Positions 9,571 to 19,844 of a stretch of 64,000 nt of DNA are shown piece after piece (the first letter of the stretch is position 1; each line of letters begins with the position of its first letter). Origin of the DNA: Patescibacteria group bacterium (GTDB taxonomy: Bacteria; Patescibacteriota; Minisyncoccia; Phycocordibacterales; JACOZG01); assembly GCA_034658935.1 (NCBI GenBank), contig JAYEGE010000008.1, positions 3,400-67,399 of the forward strand, in the 5' to 3' direction. The notes under the pieces are model-generated. The model saw only the letters and a list, made by a program, of their open reading frames with translations, was not told the origin of the DNA and searched no databases. Both the position numbers and the translations under genes were made by a program.

Positions 9571-10421
9571 ATGTTTCATAATTATCACCATATCATATCA
9601 GTCGGAAATCTTTTCCTAGCTTGGAGAGAATTTGTTCGCGGTAAAAAGAAAAGAGATAATGTGACCAAGAGGCATTGGTGGCTGATCGCTTATTACACCA
9701 TGTCATTTACCGATCTTTGTATATCTTCTTTGAACGCAGGTTTATCTATGATTCTTATTCTTGTCGCAACGGCAAGGGGACTCACAAGGCCCTCAATCGT
9801 TTTAGGACTTTTACTAGAAGAGTTTCACAAAACAACAGTCGCACTTGCTGGGTTTTAAAATGCGACATTCGTAAGTTCTTTGCCTCAATTGATCATTAAA
9901 TTCTGGTTGCTATTTTAAAGAGACATTTAGCCGACTCGGACAATATTTGGCTGCTAGACAACATTATTGGCAGTTTTTCCAGTACGGCTCCCGGCAAAGG
10001 TTTGCCTTTAGGCAATCTCACTTCCCAGCTTTTGGTGAATATTTATATGAACGAGTTTGACCAATTTATTAAACACCAACTTAAACAGAAGTATTATATC
10101 CGCTACGCTGACGATTTTGTGTTTATGCACCAGGACCGACTTGCACTCCTTGAAATATTTTCTATAATCCAAAGGTTTTTAACGCAAGAACTTAAACTAT
10201 TACTTCACTCTGATAAAATATTTTTGCAACCTGTTTCGTCCGGGGTCGATTTTCTAGGCTGGGTTCATTTCCTAGATCATCGAGTTTTGAGGACCAGCAC
10301 CAAGAGGCGAATGTTTAGGAATTTACAATTAGCTAGAGATAATGAGGAAGTTTTACAGTCATATCTTGGTTTAGTTCGCAACTTGACATCTGGGGGCGAT
10401 AGGTATATAATGACCAGGTAA
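9571..10421 (+). pseudogene. DGR-type reverse transcriptase, disrupted
   Basis: NLFLAWREFVRGK; DRLLHH, YSCRNGKGTH, LKCDIRKFFASIDH; GLPLGNLTSQ and YIRYADDF. Frameshifting deletion near 9662, in-frame TAA at 9897-9899, 3' end runs into the next promoter. Confidence 0.92.
10383..10411 (+). promoter_or_regulatory. Consensus sigma70 promoter for the RRM gene
   Basis: TTGACA-17 nt-TATAAT, perfect consensus. Confidence 0.75.
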
Positions 10422-10522
10422 GTGTTTTTCTCACGATGTATTCTCGAGCACTCACAAGGTGTAAGGAAGGACTAGGAGAAAATGGTCGCCTTACATTTTA
10501 GTGTTAACGAAGTATAGTTCCA

Positions 10523-10810
10523 ATGGCTAAGAGATTGTATGTCGGTGGTTTGCCCTACACTACTACCGAGGAAAGTCTCCGCACTGCTTTTGCTCAAGCT
10601 GGGACCGTGGAATCCGCCAATATCATTATGGACAGGATGACCGGTCGCTCTAAGGGCTTTGGTTTCGTGGAGATGGCCACCGATGAGGAGGCCGCTAAAG
10701 CAATTGAAACGTGGAATGGTCAGGACTTCGAAGGACGTCGTCTCACCGTAAATGAGGCCCGCCCACTCGAAGAGCGACCCCCACGCCGCAATGGCGATTA
10801 CCAGGCCTAA
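10523..10810 (+). CDS. RRM-domain RNA-binding protein
   Basis: RNP2 LYVGGL and RNP1 KGFGFVEM. Confidence 0.95.
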   Translation: MAKRLYVGGLPYTTTEESLRTAFAQAGTVESANIIMDRMTGRSKGFGFVEMATDEEAAKAIETWNGQDFEGRRLTVNEARPLEERPPRRNGDYQA

Positions 10811-10818
10811 GGCCTAGT

Positions 10819-10855
10819 AACAAAACTCCCCCGCCAGTCGGGGGAGTTTTGTTTT
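10819..10855. terminator. Rho-independent terminator
   Basis: ACAAAACTCCCCCG-CCAGT-CGGGGGAGTTTTGT. Confidence 0.75.
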
Positions 10856-10980
10856 GCCTGAGAATAACCAGGCGAGGCTTGACAAAATGATTTTATAGTA
10901 TATAATGGGGGGCAGTATAGAGTAATGAGAAGATGCGGCGTGTAGCTGTATCACTGAGGTCTTTGAAAGGGAGAAATCCA

Positions 10981-12363
10981 ATGGTAGCGAGAATTGTTGT
11001 GTTTTTGTTGTTGGCGGCCGTGTTTGTCGGCGGAGGGGAACTTTGGCAATCAGCCATCGCTCCGGAGATGTCCACGGATCTGGCATTGGCCCAGGTCAAC
11101 GGCGGCGACGCTGACGCAGTCGCCCTGCGTACTTATGAACAGGCGGCCCGCTCCATCACGGTGCTGCAGTGGGCGAGTATTGTTGTTCTCATACTCGCCT
11201 GTTTCGCTGGGCCGCTGTACCGCGAGCTCACCGGGACTCAGAAGAGCAAGGCGCTTTTCGGCGAAGGTTGCCGCGGTGGAGGCATGGGTGATGCGGCCAG
11301 ATCGTTCTTATTCGTATTGTTCGTTGGGGCCTTGTTGGCTTCCAGCGGATGTCGCCAGCCCTACGATGTGCCCGAGTACGTGGAGGTGGCCACCAACGAG
11401 ACCGCCTTTGTCGTACCCCTTGAAGGGGATACAGCGAAGCAGGTCGCTTTTGATTCAGCGGAGCAGTTGGATCAACACAAGGTGGCCGCCAAGCGAATCC
11501 GGATTACTCACCGCTTCAACCAGACGGGCCGTTATTTTTGGTCCGGCGAGTGGATTGACAATATCCGGGTGATCAAGGTCAGTCGAACACCGATCACCCG
11601 AGAGTGGGTGACTGGCGATGACAGAGGAACCGGCAACAAGGATGAAGCAATTTGGGCCGAGAGCTCAGATTCAGTCGGTTTCTCAACCGGCATCACTTGT
11701 ACCGGTATGGTGTCGGAAGCCGATACCGCGCTGTTTCTCTACAGCTACAACGGCCAATCACTGGCTCAGGTGATGGACACTGAAGTCCGGGCGCGAGTTC
11801 AGATGCTCTTGTCCGAGTTCTCCGCCAAGTACGTGATGGATGCCCTGCGGAATAAGAAGGGTGATATGATGACTGTCATCCGCGAAGGCGTTGTGCCCTT
11901 CTTCAAAGATAAGGGAATGGATATCACGACTATCGGCCAGTTCGGCGGCTTCGCTTATGAAAACCCGGCCATCCAAGAGGCGATCGATAAAGTCTTCATC
12001 GCCCAGCAAGAGAAGCAGGTTGCCAACGCACAGCTTGTTGCTCAAGAAGACAAGAACAAGCGATTGAAGATGGAGGGCGAGGGTGAAGCGGCCAAGCTAC
12101 GCGAGATGGCCAAGGGGCGCAAAGACGCGGCCATCACCGAGGCCGAAGGTCGAGCTTCAGCCATTGCCATGATCGCCGCCGCCACCAAGGAAGCCGGGCA
12201 AGACCCGCTCTTTTTGGAGATCCGTAGACTTGAGGTGGAACTCGAACGGATTAAGCGCTGGGATGGCAGGTATCCGTCCTACATGATGACAATGGGGGGC
12301 GACGGCGCCGGTCTGGGATTACTCCTGAATGTCCCGGGGCCAACGGTGGCCGCCGCCGATTAA
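10981..12363 (+). CDS. SPFH/band-7 domain membrane protein
   Basis: Three N-terminal hydrophobic segments; PAIQEAIDKVFIAQQEKQ, EAEGRA coiled coil and RWDGRYP; TTGACA/TATAAT promoter at 10879-10906; SD AAAGGGAG. Confidence 0.75.
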   Translation: MVARIVVFLLLAAVFVGGGELWQSAIAPEMSTDLALAQVNGGDADAVALRTYEQAARSITVLQWASIVVLILACFAGPLYRELTGTQKSKALFGEGCRGGGMGDAARSFLFVLFVGALLASSGCRQPYDVPEYVEVATNETAFVVPLEGDTAKQVAFDSAEQLDQHKVAAKRIRITHRFNQTGRYFWSGEWIDNIRVIKVSRTPITREWVTGDDRGTGNKDEAIWAESSDSVGFSTGITCTGMVSEADTALFLYSYNGQSLAQVMDTEVRARVQMLLSEFSAKYVMDALRNKKGDMMTVIREGVVPFFKDKGMDITTIGQFGGFAYENPAIQEAIDKVFIAQQEKQVANAQLVAQEDKNKRLKMEGEGEAAKLREMAKGRKDAAITEAEGRASAIAMIAAATKEAGQDPLFLEIRRLEVELERIKRWDGRYPSYMMTMGGDGAGLGLLLNVPGPTVAAAD

Positions 12364-12505
12364 TTTCTCCCTATTGCAGGAAGGAGGTGTCTTATGGCCC
12401 TTAAGCGTTGGATCATTCCGGAAGTGGCCCATTGCGTAAAAGGCTGCTGGCACGGCCCCACGAGAACTTGTTCTCGTGGGGCCCTTTTTTTGTTATCCTT
12501 TGTGC

Positions 12506-13477
12506 ATGGAAGAAACGATTCTCAATTTCGCCGAACAATTCAAATGGGAGCCAGAAATAAATAATAGTGAATCACTTGGAGGAAGAACCTCCAAGTGGAT
12601 AGTTTGTGGGATGGGCGGTTCTCATCTGGCCGCAGGGCTGATGAGAGTCCATAATCCCCGGCTCGACTTATTGATTCATCGTGATTATGGTCTGCCCCGT
12701 GTACCCGATTATTTTCTCGAAGGCAGTTTAATTATTCTCAGCTCCTATTCTGGTAATACCGAAGAGATTTTAGATGCTGGTAAGGTGGCCCTAGAGCGGG
12801 GCTTGAATTTGGCGGTCATAAGTACTGATGGGGCATTACTTGAATTTGCTGAAGCTAATCAGTTGCCCTATGTTCAATCGCCAAGTTCTGACAAGCTCCA
12901 GCCGCGCATGGCCCTAGGCTATAGCTTAAAAGCGATGGCGAAATTAATTGGTAATGACGACATCTCGGTTCAGTTGAGTGCGTTGGCTGATACTCTTGAG
13001 CCGGCAGAATTACGACCGGCAGGGGAGAAGCTAGCCGAGCAGATTAAGGGTAAGATTCCCCTCTTTTATTCCTCTGTTGCCAACCTGCCCCTGGCTTATA
13101 ATTGGAAGATCAAATTCAATGAGACGGCTAAGGCGCCAGCTTTCTACAATGTTCTGCCAGAGGCGAACCATAATGAGATGGCTGGTTTCAATGGTGTTCT
13201 CGCCCAGCAGGATTTAAATCAGAAATTCTTTACTCTTTTTCTTACTGATCCCAATGACGAGCTACGCCTCGCTAAACGCTTTCAAGTCTTGGCTGAGATG
13301 TATCGAGATTGGGGGGTATCAACAGAAGAAGTGCCCCTATCGGGGGGCACTTCTTGGCAACGCATCTTTAACTCCTTAGTCTTAGCTGACTGGGCCGCCT
13401 ACCATCTGGCCACCTTGAATGGTGATGATCCAGAAGCGGTACCAATGATCGAAGAGTTCAAGAAATTAATTGGCTGA
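12506..13477 (+). CDS. Bifunctional phosphoglucose/phosphomannose isomerase (SIS domain)
   Basis: GMGGS, SYSGNTEE, QPRMA and PEANHNE motifs. Confidence 0.9.
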   Translation: MEETILNFAEQFKWEPEINNSESLGGRTSKWIVCGMGGSHLAAGLMRVHNPRLDLLIHRDYGLPRVPDYFLEGSLIILSSYSGNTEEILDAGKVALERGLNLAVISTDGALLEFAEANQLPYVQSPSSDKLQPRMALGYSLKAMAKLIGNDDISVQLSALADTLEPAELRPAGEKLAEQIKGKIPLFYSSVANLPLAYNWKIKFNETAKAPAFYNVLPEANHNEMAGFNGVLAQQDLNQKFFTLFLTDPNDELRLAKRFQVLAEMYRDWGVSTEEVPLSGGTSWQRIFNSLVLADWAAYHLATLNGDDPEAVPMIEEFKKLIG

Positions 13478-14629
13478 AGCTGGGGGAATAGGGAAAGGCA
13501 TCATCCCTTCAGGCATACCTGGAGGCATTTGAGGCATCGGCATATCGCTGAAGGCCTCGCTCATGGTACCGAAGGACTCACCAAACATTGCCCCAAGTAC
13601 TTCTTGGATGGTCTGGCCGTCACTGGGCGCTTCAATATTTACTGGTTCATTGTGGTTGTTGAAACTTGCCGAGAAATTGACTGTCCCGTTAATGATCGCG
13701 ACATCTTCAGGATCGCCAGCCCAGAGTTGGGTATTATCGAAGACCATCTCGAGATTCATCTTGTGAGGCAGGTAGTCACTTTTCGCTAGCCAAATATCTC
13801 CGACTAGATCGGGCAAGGTATCTATTACTCTGCCTATTATCGCTAAGACCTCAGCCTTATCTTGTTGGCTCTCGACGGTATACTCACTTGGGTATTCGGT
13901 AACCAATAGGTCGAAAGACCTGGCGATTAACCTCTTTAGACTATCCTTGTCGAGGTCAATGGCGTAATGCCAAGTTGCTTCGCCGTCAATGTTCCCACTG
14001 TCAATGAGTTCGCCGAGACTGATTACTTTCTCCTCCTTCCAGATTCCGATCAGTTTGAGAGCGATCTCCTTAGTCTTCTCGTCCATGTTCTCTATGCTGT
14101 GGTCCACTCCGAGTCGGTCTTCCAGATCTTGTCTGTCGATTTTTATCCAGCGATCAGAGAGGAAGCTGGCCCCAAAGGCAGCTAAGAGTGGAAATTGTCC
14201 TATCTTAACGTAGGTGATCCCGTCGATGGTGCGGCTCTCGCCGCCTACTTTAAAACTGGCCAGTTCGTTACTGCTAGTTAGCTCGGCGGTTACTTGGACG
14301 CTAGATTTTATATTGTCTAAATCTGACCAATCACTCTGGCCATTTGCATTTATCTTGACATCGCCGCTTAGTGGCTCGTCCTTCTCGTCCCCCTCTTGTC
14401 GGACTTCTCCTCGGAGGCCGATTTCCTGTTGGTAGGTTAAGGTTTTAAGCGACCAGATACCCTCCCACATTTTGGCTTCAGCCGCCGATGCCCCTGAGTT
14501 GGACCTGAAGACGCTAGTTACCTTATTGAATGATTCTGGCTGGGCAAAATAGGCATAGGCGCCTCCTCCGATCAGCAGAAGGATGATTGTGATGATGATC
14601 AGGGGTGCTCCTCCGCGTTGTTTGTTCAT
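13466..14629 (-). CDS. Membrane-anchored exported protein with prepilin-like N-terminus (LppX/LolA-like fold possible)
   Basis: MNKQRGG followed by a hydrophobic helix; C-terminal NEPVNIEAP motif. Confidence 0.6.
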   Translation of the reverse strand: MNKQRGGAPLIIITIILLLIGGGAYAYFAQPESFNKVTSVFRSNSGASAAEAKMWEGIWSLKTLTYQQEIGLRGEVRQEGDEKDEPLSGDVKINANGQSDWSDLDNIKSSVQVTAELTSSNELASFKVGGESRTIDGITYVKIGQFPLLAAFGASFLSDRWIKIDRQDLEDRLGVDHSIENMDEKTKEIALKLIGIWKEEKVISLGELIDSGNIDGEATWHYAIDLDKDSLKRLIARSFDLLVTEYPSEYTVESQQDKAEVLAIIGRVIDTLPDLVGDIWLAKSDYLPHKMNLEMVFDNTQLWAGDPEDVAIINGTVNFSASFNNHNEPVNIEAPSDGQTIQEVLGAMFGESFGTMSEAFSDMPMPQMPPGMPEGMMPFPIPPASAN

Positions 14630-14704
14630 CTTAGTACTTGGTTATTTTTGTTGTATAATAATGCTTACAAGCGGTAGTCTACCAATAATCTATTAATTAG
14701 ACCA

Positions 14705-15499
14705 ATGAGCTATTTACTTTTTGATTTGGGGGCAACCAATCTGCGAATGGCCGCAGTCTCTGAAGCCGATTGGAGCAAGGGGGAGTTGGGGGAGAAGAAG
14801 ATGGTTGCCCATTCGGGTGGCACTGAGCCCACCCTGACCATAATGCAGCAATTGATGGAGGAGCTTAAACCAGCCGATGGCTATAGCCTAATGGCTGGGG
14901 GGATCACTCGTAAATTATCTGCCTTAGTGCCGGAACTAACTCAGGCTGCTGGTCGCCCTCTCTACTTGGAGAATGATGCTGCCTTGGTTGGTTTAGGGGA
15001 GGCTCTGACTGGTGCTGGGCGAGGACATGGCATTGTGGCTTATGTGACGGTTAGTTCTGGTGTCGGTGGAGTGAGGATAGTTGATGGAATGATCGATCGC
15101 AAGGCGGTTGGCTTTGAGCCTGGTTATCAAGTTATTAATTACGACGGCGAGCCCAAAGTTTTAGAGCAGATTGTGTCTGGTTTTGGTATTAAGGAACGAC
15201 TCGGTAAGGACCCCAGCACAATTGAGGATGATAAGTTTTGGTTGGAGATGTCCCAGGTCTTGGCTTATGGGCTCTACAACATGATTCTCCATTGGTCACC
15301 CGAGGTGGTGGTAGTGGGCGGAGCGATGATGGGTTCACCGGGGATAATTTTAGGTGAGGTGAAGAAGACCCTGGCCGATATTAACCGGCTGCCTTCCTTG
15401 CCAGAAATTGTCCCAGCCGAACTGGGGGAGTGGGGCGGGCTCCACGGGGCAGCTGCCTATTTGCGCCACGAACTTGAGGATCAAGTAGAAGAGGAGTAG
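14705..15499 (+). CDS. ROK family sugar kinase
   Basis: FDLGATN, ENDAALVGLGE and VSSGVGG. Confidence 0.88.
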   Translation: MSYLLFDLGATNLRMAAVSEADWSKGELGEKKMVAHSGGTEPTLTIMQQLMEELKPADGYSLMAGGITRKLSALVPELTQAAGRPLYLENDAALVGLGEALTGAGRGHGIVAYVTVSSGVGGVRIVDGMIDRKAVGFEPGYQVINYDGEPKVLEQIVSGFGIKERLGKDPSTIEDDKFWLEMSQVLAYGLYNMILHWSPEVVVVGGAMMGSPGIILGEVKKTLADINRLPSLPEIVPAELGEWGGLHGAAAYLRHELEDQVEEE

Positions 15500-15543
15500 A
15501 TTTGGGTACTTGCTTTTTCATATATACCTGATATAATAACGAC

Positions 15544-16085
15544 GGCTTGGTGCCGGGCAATTAATCCAATGTTTGGCGTTGGGTAGGAAAGTCCGGACAC
15601 AGCGATTCCTTTATTTAATAAGGGATGGGAATGGTAGCGGCTCCGATGCTCCATAGGGAACTATAGAGTTCGGAGCTCCGACCCTCGATGTAATATCGGG
15701 GCGTCGGAGGTAACGCCCGTCCTCCGATGGACATCGGAGAGGGATGCGAGCAGAGACGTCGAGGGCGAGAGCCTAAGACCCCTTCAGGGTGATGCTCATG
15801 GAGACGTGAGCTTGAAACGGCAAAATTCCTACCTCTGTGCAAGGTCGTGCCCAGCACCACTTTCAGAAAAGTGGTGCTGGGAGTGCCGCTATAGGCGATT
15901 GGCGACAATCGTCACAGATAAATGATTGCCACCAATTTTGTTCACCACAAGTGAGTACAAAATTGAGTGCTCCGACTTTACGTCGGAGTTAAACCCCGAC
16001 GACCTGTCGGTATCGGGGTACTCGATTTTGCGTCCACCTGCGGTGGGCAAAATCGGCACAGAATCCGGCTTATGAGCACCAAGCC
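15544..16085 (+). ncRNA. rnpB: RNase P RNA, enlarged by insertions
   Basis: P1 pair GGCTTGGTGC/GCACCAAGCC; conserved AGGAAAGTCCGG, GTAACGCCC, TGAAACGG, AGATAAATGAT and ACAGAATCCGGCTTAT. Confidence 0.92.
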
Positions 16086-16155
16086 ACCAAAAATCAAGAC
16101 TCCTCGCTCCAAGCGGGGAGTTTTGCTACCATGATAATTATAATCAACTAATACT

Positions 16156-17832
16156 GTGGAGAGATTATGGCGCTGGTTTAATAAGGGTTGGGGCGGCTTG
16201 CATGAGGCTGCCCTGGTTTTGGCGCTCTCGGCTCTCGCTTCGCAACTCCTCGCTCTGATCCGCGATCGCCTCTTGGCCGCTAGTTTTGGCGCCGGTCGAG
16301 AGCTCGATATTTATTACGCCGCTTTCCGCTTACCAGACTTAGTTTACGTCTCGATCGCTTCTTTCATCTCTGTCGCCGTTGTTATTCCCCTATTGGCCGA
16401 GAAGGAGAAGTCGGGGGATACTGCGGCAAGTAAGAAACTACTAAATAATATTTTTACCGCCTTCATCTTGGTGATGTTGGTAGTCAGCTTGATCCTATTT
16501 ATTGTGATGCCTTGGTTGGCGCCCTTAGTCGCCCCCGGCTTTGATGCTGGTTCCGCAGACCTATTAACCACCTTAAGTCGCATCCTCCTGCTCTCACCAT
16601 TTTTGCTGGGTCTATCTAATCTCTTTAGCGCAGTCACCCAATCACTTCGCCGCTTCTTTATCTACGCTCTCAGCCCAGTCCTCTACAACGTTGGCATTAT
16701 TATTGGCATTGTCTTTTTCGAGCCGCATCTGGGCTTGCCTGGCTTGGCTTGGGGTGTTGCCTTGGGGGCCCTTCTCCACCTGGCTATCCAATGGCCGACT
16801 GTTTGGCAACACGGCTTCTTCCCCCGCTTAATTCGCCACCTGGATTGGCGGGAATTACGCCGGGTGATTTGGCTCTCCCTGCCTCGGACTCTTGGCTTGG
16901 GGGCAGTGCAGTTAACCACTCTCGCCCTAGTGGCCATTGCCTCGCTCATCGGGACTGGGGCTATTGCCGTCTTCAATTTCGCTAATAATCTCCAGGCTGT
17001 CCCTCTAGCAATTATCGGTGTTAGCTATTCGGTGGCCGCCTTTCCCACGCTAGTAAATCTTTTTGCTAGTGGCGAGCGTGATAAGTTCAAACTACAGATC
17101 AGTACCGCCATCCGACATATTCTCTTTTGGGCTCTACCAGCAACGATACTCTTTATCGTCTTGCGGGCCCAAATTGTCCGGGTGATTTTAGGTAGTGGCC
17201 GCTTCTCTTGGGACGATACTCGCTTAACGGCCGCGGCCATGGCTTTATTCATTGTCTCCTTGGCTGCCCAAAGCCTGGTCCTGGTTCTAGTTCGGGCCTA
17301 TTATTCTGCTGGCCAGACTCGACGCCCCCTACTCGTTAACGTGCTCTCGGCCATCTTAACTATTCTATTAGCTTTCGTCTTTTGGCGGATCTTTATCTCC
17401 TCTGCTCAGCCGCTCTTTTTCCTAGAAGGCTTATTGCGGGTGAGAGATATATCTGGCACCGCCGTCTTGGCTTTGCCGCTAGCCTTTACCCTCGGCTCAC
17501 TACTTAATATTTGGTTCCTTTGGCAGTTGTTCCAACGAGACTTCGGTCGCTTCCCCAAGATGGTAGATAAGGCCCTGGGGCAATCGGTGGCGGCTTCTTT
17601 GGGCGGCGGCCTCACCGCCTATATTGCCCTTAATTTGCTCGACAATGTTCTAGATCTTAATACCTTTGTCGGTATCTTCACTCAAGGATTCGTGGCGGGT
17701 ATTTTAGGCCTGCTAGCCTTTACCTTAATCCTTTGGAAATTGAAAAATAAGGAGCTTAAAGAAATCACTAAATCCCTACACAATAAATTCTGGCAATCCC
17801 GCCCCATCGCCCCCGAACCAGAGGGGCTATAG
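16156..17832 (+). CDS. murJ: Lipid II flippase MurJ (MviN)
   Basis: RDRLLAASFGAGRELDIYYAAFRLPD; many TM helices. Confidence 0.93.
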   Translation: MERLWRWFNKGWGGLHEAALVLALSALASQLLALIRDRLLAASFGAGRELDIYYAAFRLPDLVYVSIASFISVAVVIPLLAEKEKSGDTAASKKLLNNIFTAFILVMLVVSLILFIVMPWLAPLVAPGFDAGSADLLTTLSRILLLSPFLLGLSNLFSAVTQSLRRFFIYALSPVLYNVGIIIGIVFFEPHLGLPGLAWGVALGALLHLAIQWPTVWQHGFFPRLIRHLDWRELRRVIWLSLPRTLGLGAVQLTTLALVAIASLIGTGAIAVFNFANNLQAVPLAIIGVSYSVAAFPTLVNLFASGERDKFKLQISTAIRHILFWALPATILFIVLRAQIVRVILGSGRFSWDDTRLTAAAMALFIVSLAAQSLVLVLVRAYYSAGQTRRPLLVNVLSAILTILLAFVFWRIFISSAQPLFFLEGLLRVRDISGTAVLALPLAFTLGSLLNIWFLWQLFQRDFGRFPKMVDKALGQSVAASLGGGLTAYIALNLLDNVLDLNTFVGIFTQGFVAGILGLLAFTLILWKLKNKELKEITKSLHNKFWQSRPIAPEPEGL

Positions 17833-17876
17833 GAATCCTTTGATTTCTTGCTGTTTTCCAGTAGAGTCTATAGGCA

Positions 17877-19712
17877 ATGTCAACTGATAATATTAGGAAT
17901 TTTTCAATAATCGCTCATATCGATCACGGCAAGTCGACCTTGTCTGATCGGCTTTTAGAAGTGACAGAAACGGTGGAGAAACGGAAGATGAAAGATCAGG
18001 TGCTTGATCAAATGGATTTGGAGCGCGAGCGGGGGATTACCATTAAAATGCAGCCAGTGCGGATGGAGTACCATTCGCAGAATCAAGATTCAGGAATTAA
18101 GATTCAAGAATCGTACATCTTAAATCTCATCGACACTCCGGGGCATATCGATTTCTCTTACGAGGTTTCCCGGTCCTTGAGGGCGGTGGAGGGGGTGTTA
18201 CTTTTAGTTGATGCTACCCAGGGTGTCCAGGCTCAAACCTTCACTGTTCTTGAAATGGCCCGGGAGGCCGGCTTAGTTATCATCCCAGTGATTAATAAGA
18301 TTGACTTGCCGGTGGCTCAGGTGGAAGAGGTTAAGGAAGAAATTGTTGAATTGCTCGATTGCGATCCTGATTCAATTATCGCCGTATCTGGTAAGACGGG
18401 GGATGGTGCGCCCGAACTCCTAGAGGAGATTGTTAAGAAGATTCCCCCTCCCCAAAGCGAAGCGGTGTCAGGTAAGTCGGGCGTCAGGTCCCTTGTTTTT
18501 GACTCTGAGTTCTCGACTCACCAGGGGGTGATTGCTTATGTCCGAGTTATGGACGGCGAAATTAAGAAGGGCGACAAATTATCCTTTGTCGCTGGTGGAG
18601 AGAAATTCCCAGTGCTTGAGCTCGGCACCTTCCAGCCAGAGAAGCGTCCAGTTGATAAATTATCGGCCGGAGAAATTGGTTATCTAATGACCGGTATTCG
18701 CCAAGTTGGTCAGGCTAAAGTGGGGGACACTATCATTGATCCAACTCGCCCCCTGCCGGCCATTCCCGGCTATGTTGAACCCCGTCCAGTGGTCTGGGCC
18801 TCGGTTTACCCGGAGGGGCAAGACGATTTCAATAATCTCAAGCAGGCCCTAGAGCGTCTTCAGCTCTCTGACGCCTCACTGTCTTTTGCTGAGGAATCTT
18901 CTAACGCCTTGGGGCGCGGTTTCCGTTGTGGTTTCTTGGGTCTACTCCATCTAGAGATTATCACCGAGAGATTAAAAAGAGAATTTTCTTTGGAGCTAGT
19001 AATAGCTACGCCGACTATCGGCTACCGGATTAAAAATATGCGGACAGGTAAATCTGAATCTGTCTACTCGCCCCATCTTTTCCCCGATGCGTCATCTGCC
19101 GCGGAACAAGAGGTCCATGAGCCTTGGGTTTCGGCTAAAATTATTACTCCGCCGGAATATCTCAATGCCATCATCAAATTATTTAATGATCACGAGATCG
19201 CCCTGCTCTCGACTATCAACCTAAGTAGTAGTCGGGTGATGGTGGAGGTGGAAATGCCCTTGCGTGAATTGATGCGCAATTTCTTCGATAACCTAAAAAG
19301 CGTTTCCTCAGGCTTTGCCTCCTTCTCCTATCAATTGTCTGATGAACGTTTGGCCGATGTTACTCGTCTAGACATCTTGGTTAATAATCAGGTGGTGCCA
19401 GCTTTCTCGCGGGTGATCTCGCGGCGGCGGGCCCAGACTGAGGCCGAGGCGGCGGTAGAAAGATTGAGAAAGATTATGCCCAAACAACTCATCGTTGTTA
19501 AGCTCCAGGCTAAGGCCTTAGGTAGAATTTTGGCTGCTCGCTCTATTTCTGCTCTCCGCAAGGACGTTACTGGCTACCTATATGGTGGTGACGTTACTCG
19601 TAAGAAAAAGCTCCTGGAGAAGCAGAAGAAGGGTAAAAAGAAAATGCAGGCGCGAGGAAGCGTTAATATCCCGGCGTCTGTTTTCTTGAAGATGGTTTCT
19701 TCGGAGAAGTAG
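17877..19712 (+). CDS. lepA: Elongation factor 4
   Basis: IRNFSIIAHIDHGKSTL, GFRCGFLGLLH and YGGDVTRKKKLLEKQKKGKKKM. Confidence 0.97.
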   Translation: MSTDNIRNFSIIAHIDHGKSTLSDRLLEVTETVEKRKMKDQVLDQMDLERERGITIKMQPVRMEYHSQNQDSGIKIQESYILNLIDTPGHIDFSYEVSRSLRAVEGVLLLVDATQGVQAQTFTVLEMAREAGLVIIPVINKIDLPVAQVEEVKEEIVELLDCDPDSIIAVSGKTGDGAPELLEEIVKKIPPPQSEAVSGKSGVRSLVFDSEFSTHQGVIAYVRVMDGEIKKGDKLSFVAGGEKFPVLELGTFQPEKRPVDKLSAGEIGYLMTGIRQVGQAKVGDTIIDPTRPLPAIPGYVEPRPVVWASVYPEGQDDFNNLKQALERLQLSDASLSFAEESSNALGRGFRCGFLGLLHLEIITERLKREFSLELVIATPTIGYRIKNMRTGKSESVYSPHLFPDASSAAEQEVHEPWVSAKIITPPEYLNAIIKLFNDHEIALLSTINLSSSRVMVEVEMPLRELMRNFFDNLKSVSSGFASFSYQLSDERLADVTRLDILVNNQVVPAFSRVISRRRAQTEAEAAVERLRKIMPKQLIVVKLQAKALGRILAARSISALRKDVTGYLYGGDVTRKKKLLEKQKKGKKKMQARGSVNIPASVFLKMVSSEK

Positions 19713-19715
19713 GGC

Positions 19716-19823
19716 CTAGAGAAGGGCTGGAATATAGAGCATAACCATGCCGATGATGGTCAGAGCGCCGATAATAATCCAGATTATTTGGAGGCCTTTC
19801 TTGTGTTTTTTATTCAGTAACAT
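19716..19823 (-). CDS. 35-aa single-pass membrane microprotein
   Basis: MLLNKKHKKGLQIIWIIIGALTIIGMVMLYIPALL*; fills the gap between lepA and the ftsB-like gene. Confidence 0.6.
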   Translation of the reverse strand: MLLNKKHKKGLQIIWIIIGALTIIGMVMLYIPALL

Positions 19824-19844
19824 TAGGTTATAGTATAGCCGAGG

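Noticed and set aside
9897-9899. Alternative genetic code or stop readthrough
   Set aside because: The in-frame stop is TAA, and housekeeping genes such as gatB end normally at TGA under code 11
9571-10421. Group II intron or retron RT
   Set aside because: Short RT with no maturase or endonuclease domain, and flanked by avd and a TR/VR pair
12383-12480. Strong SD AGGAGGTG plus ATG after the SPFH gene
   Set aside because: The ORF runs through a terminator hairpin and has no recognisable product
15615-15908. 97-aa minus-strand ORF
   Set aside because: Antisense to RNase P RNA
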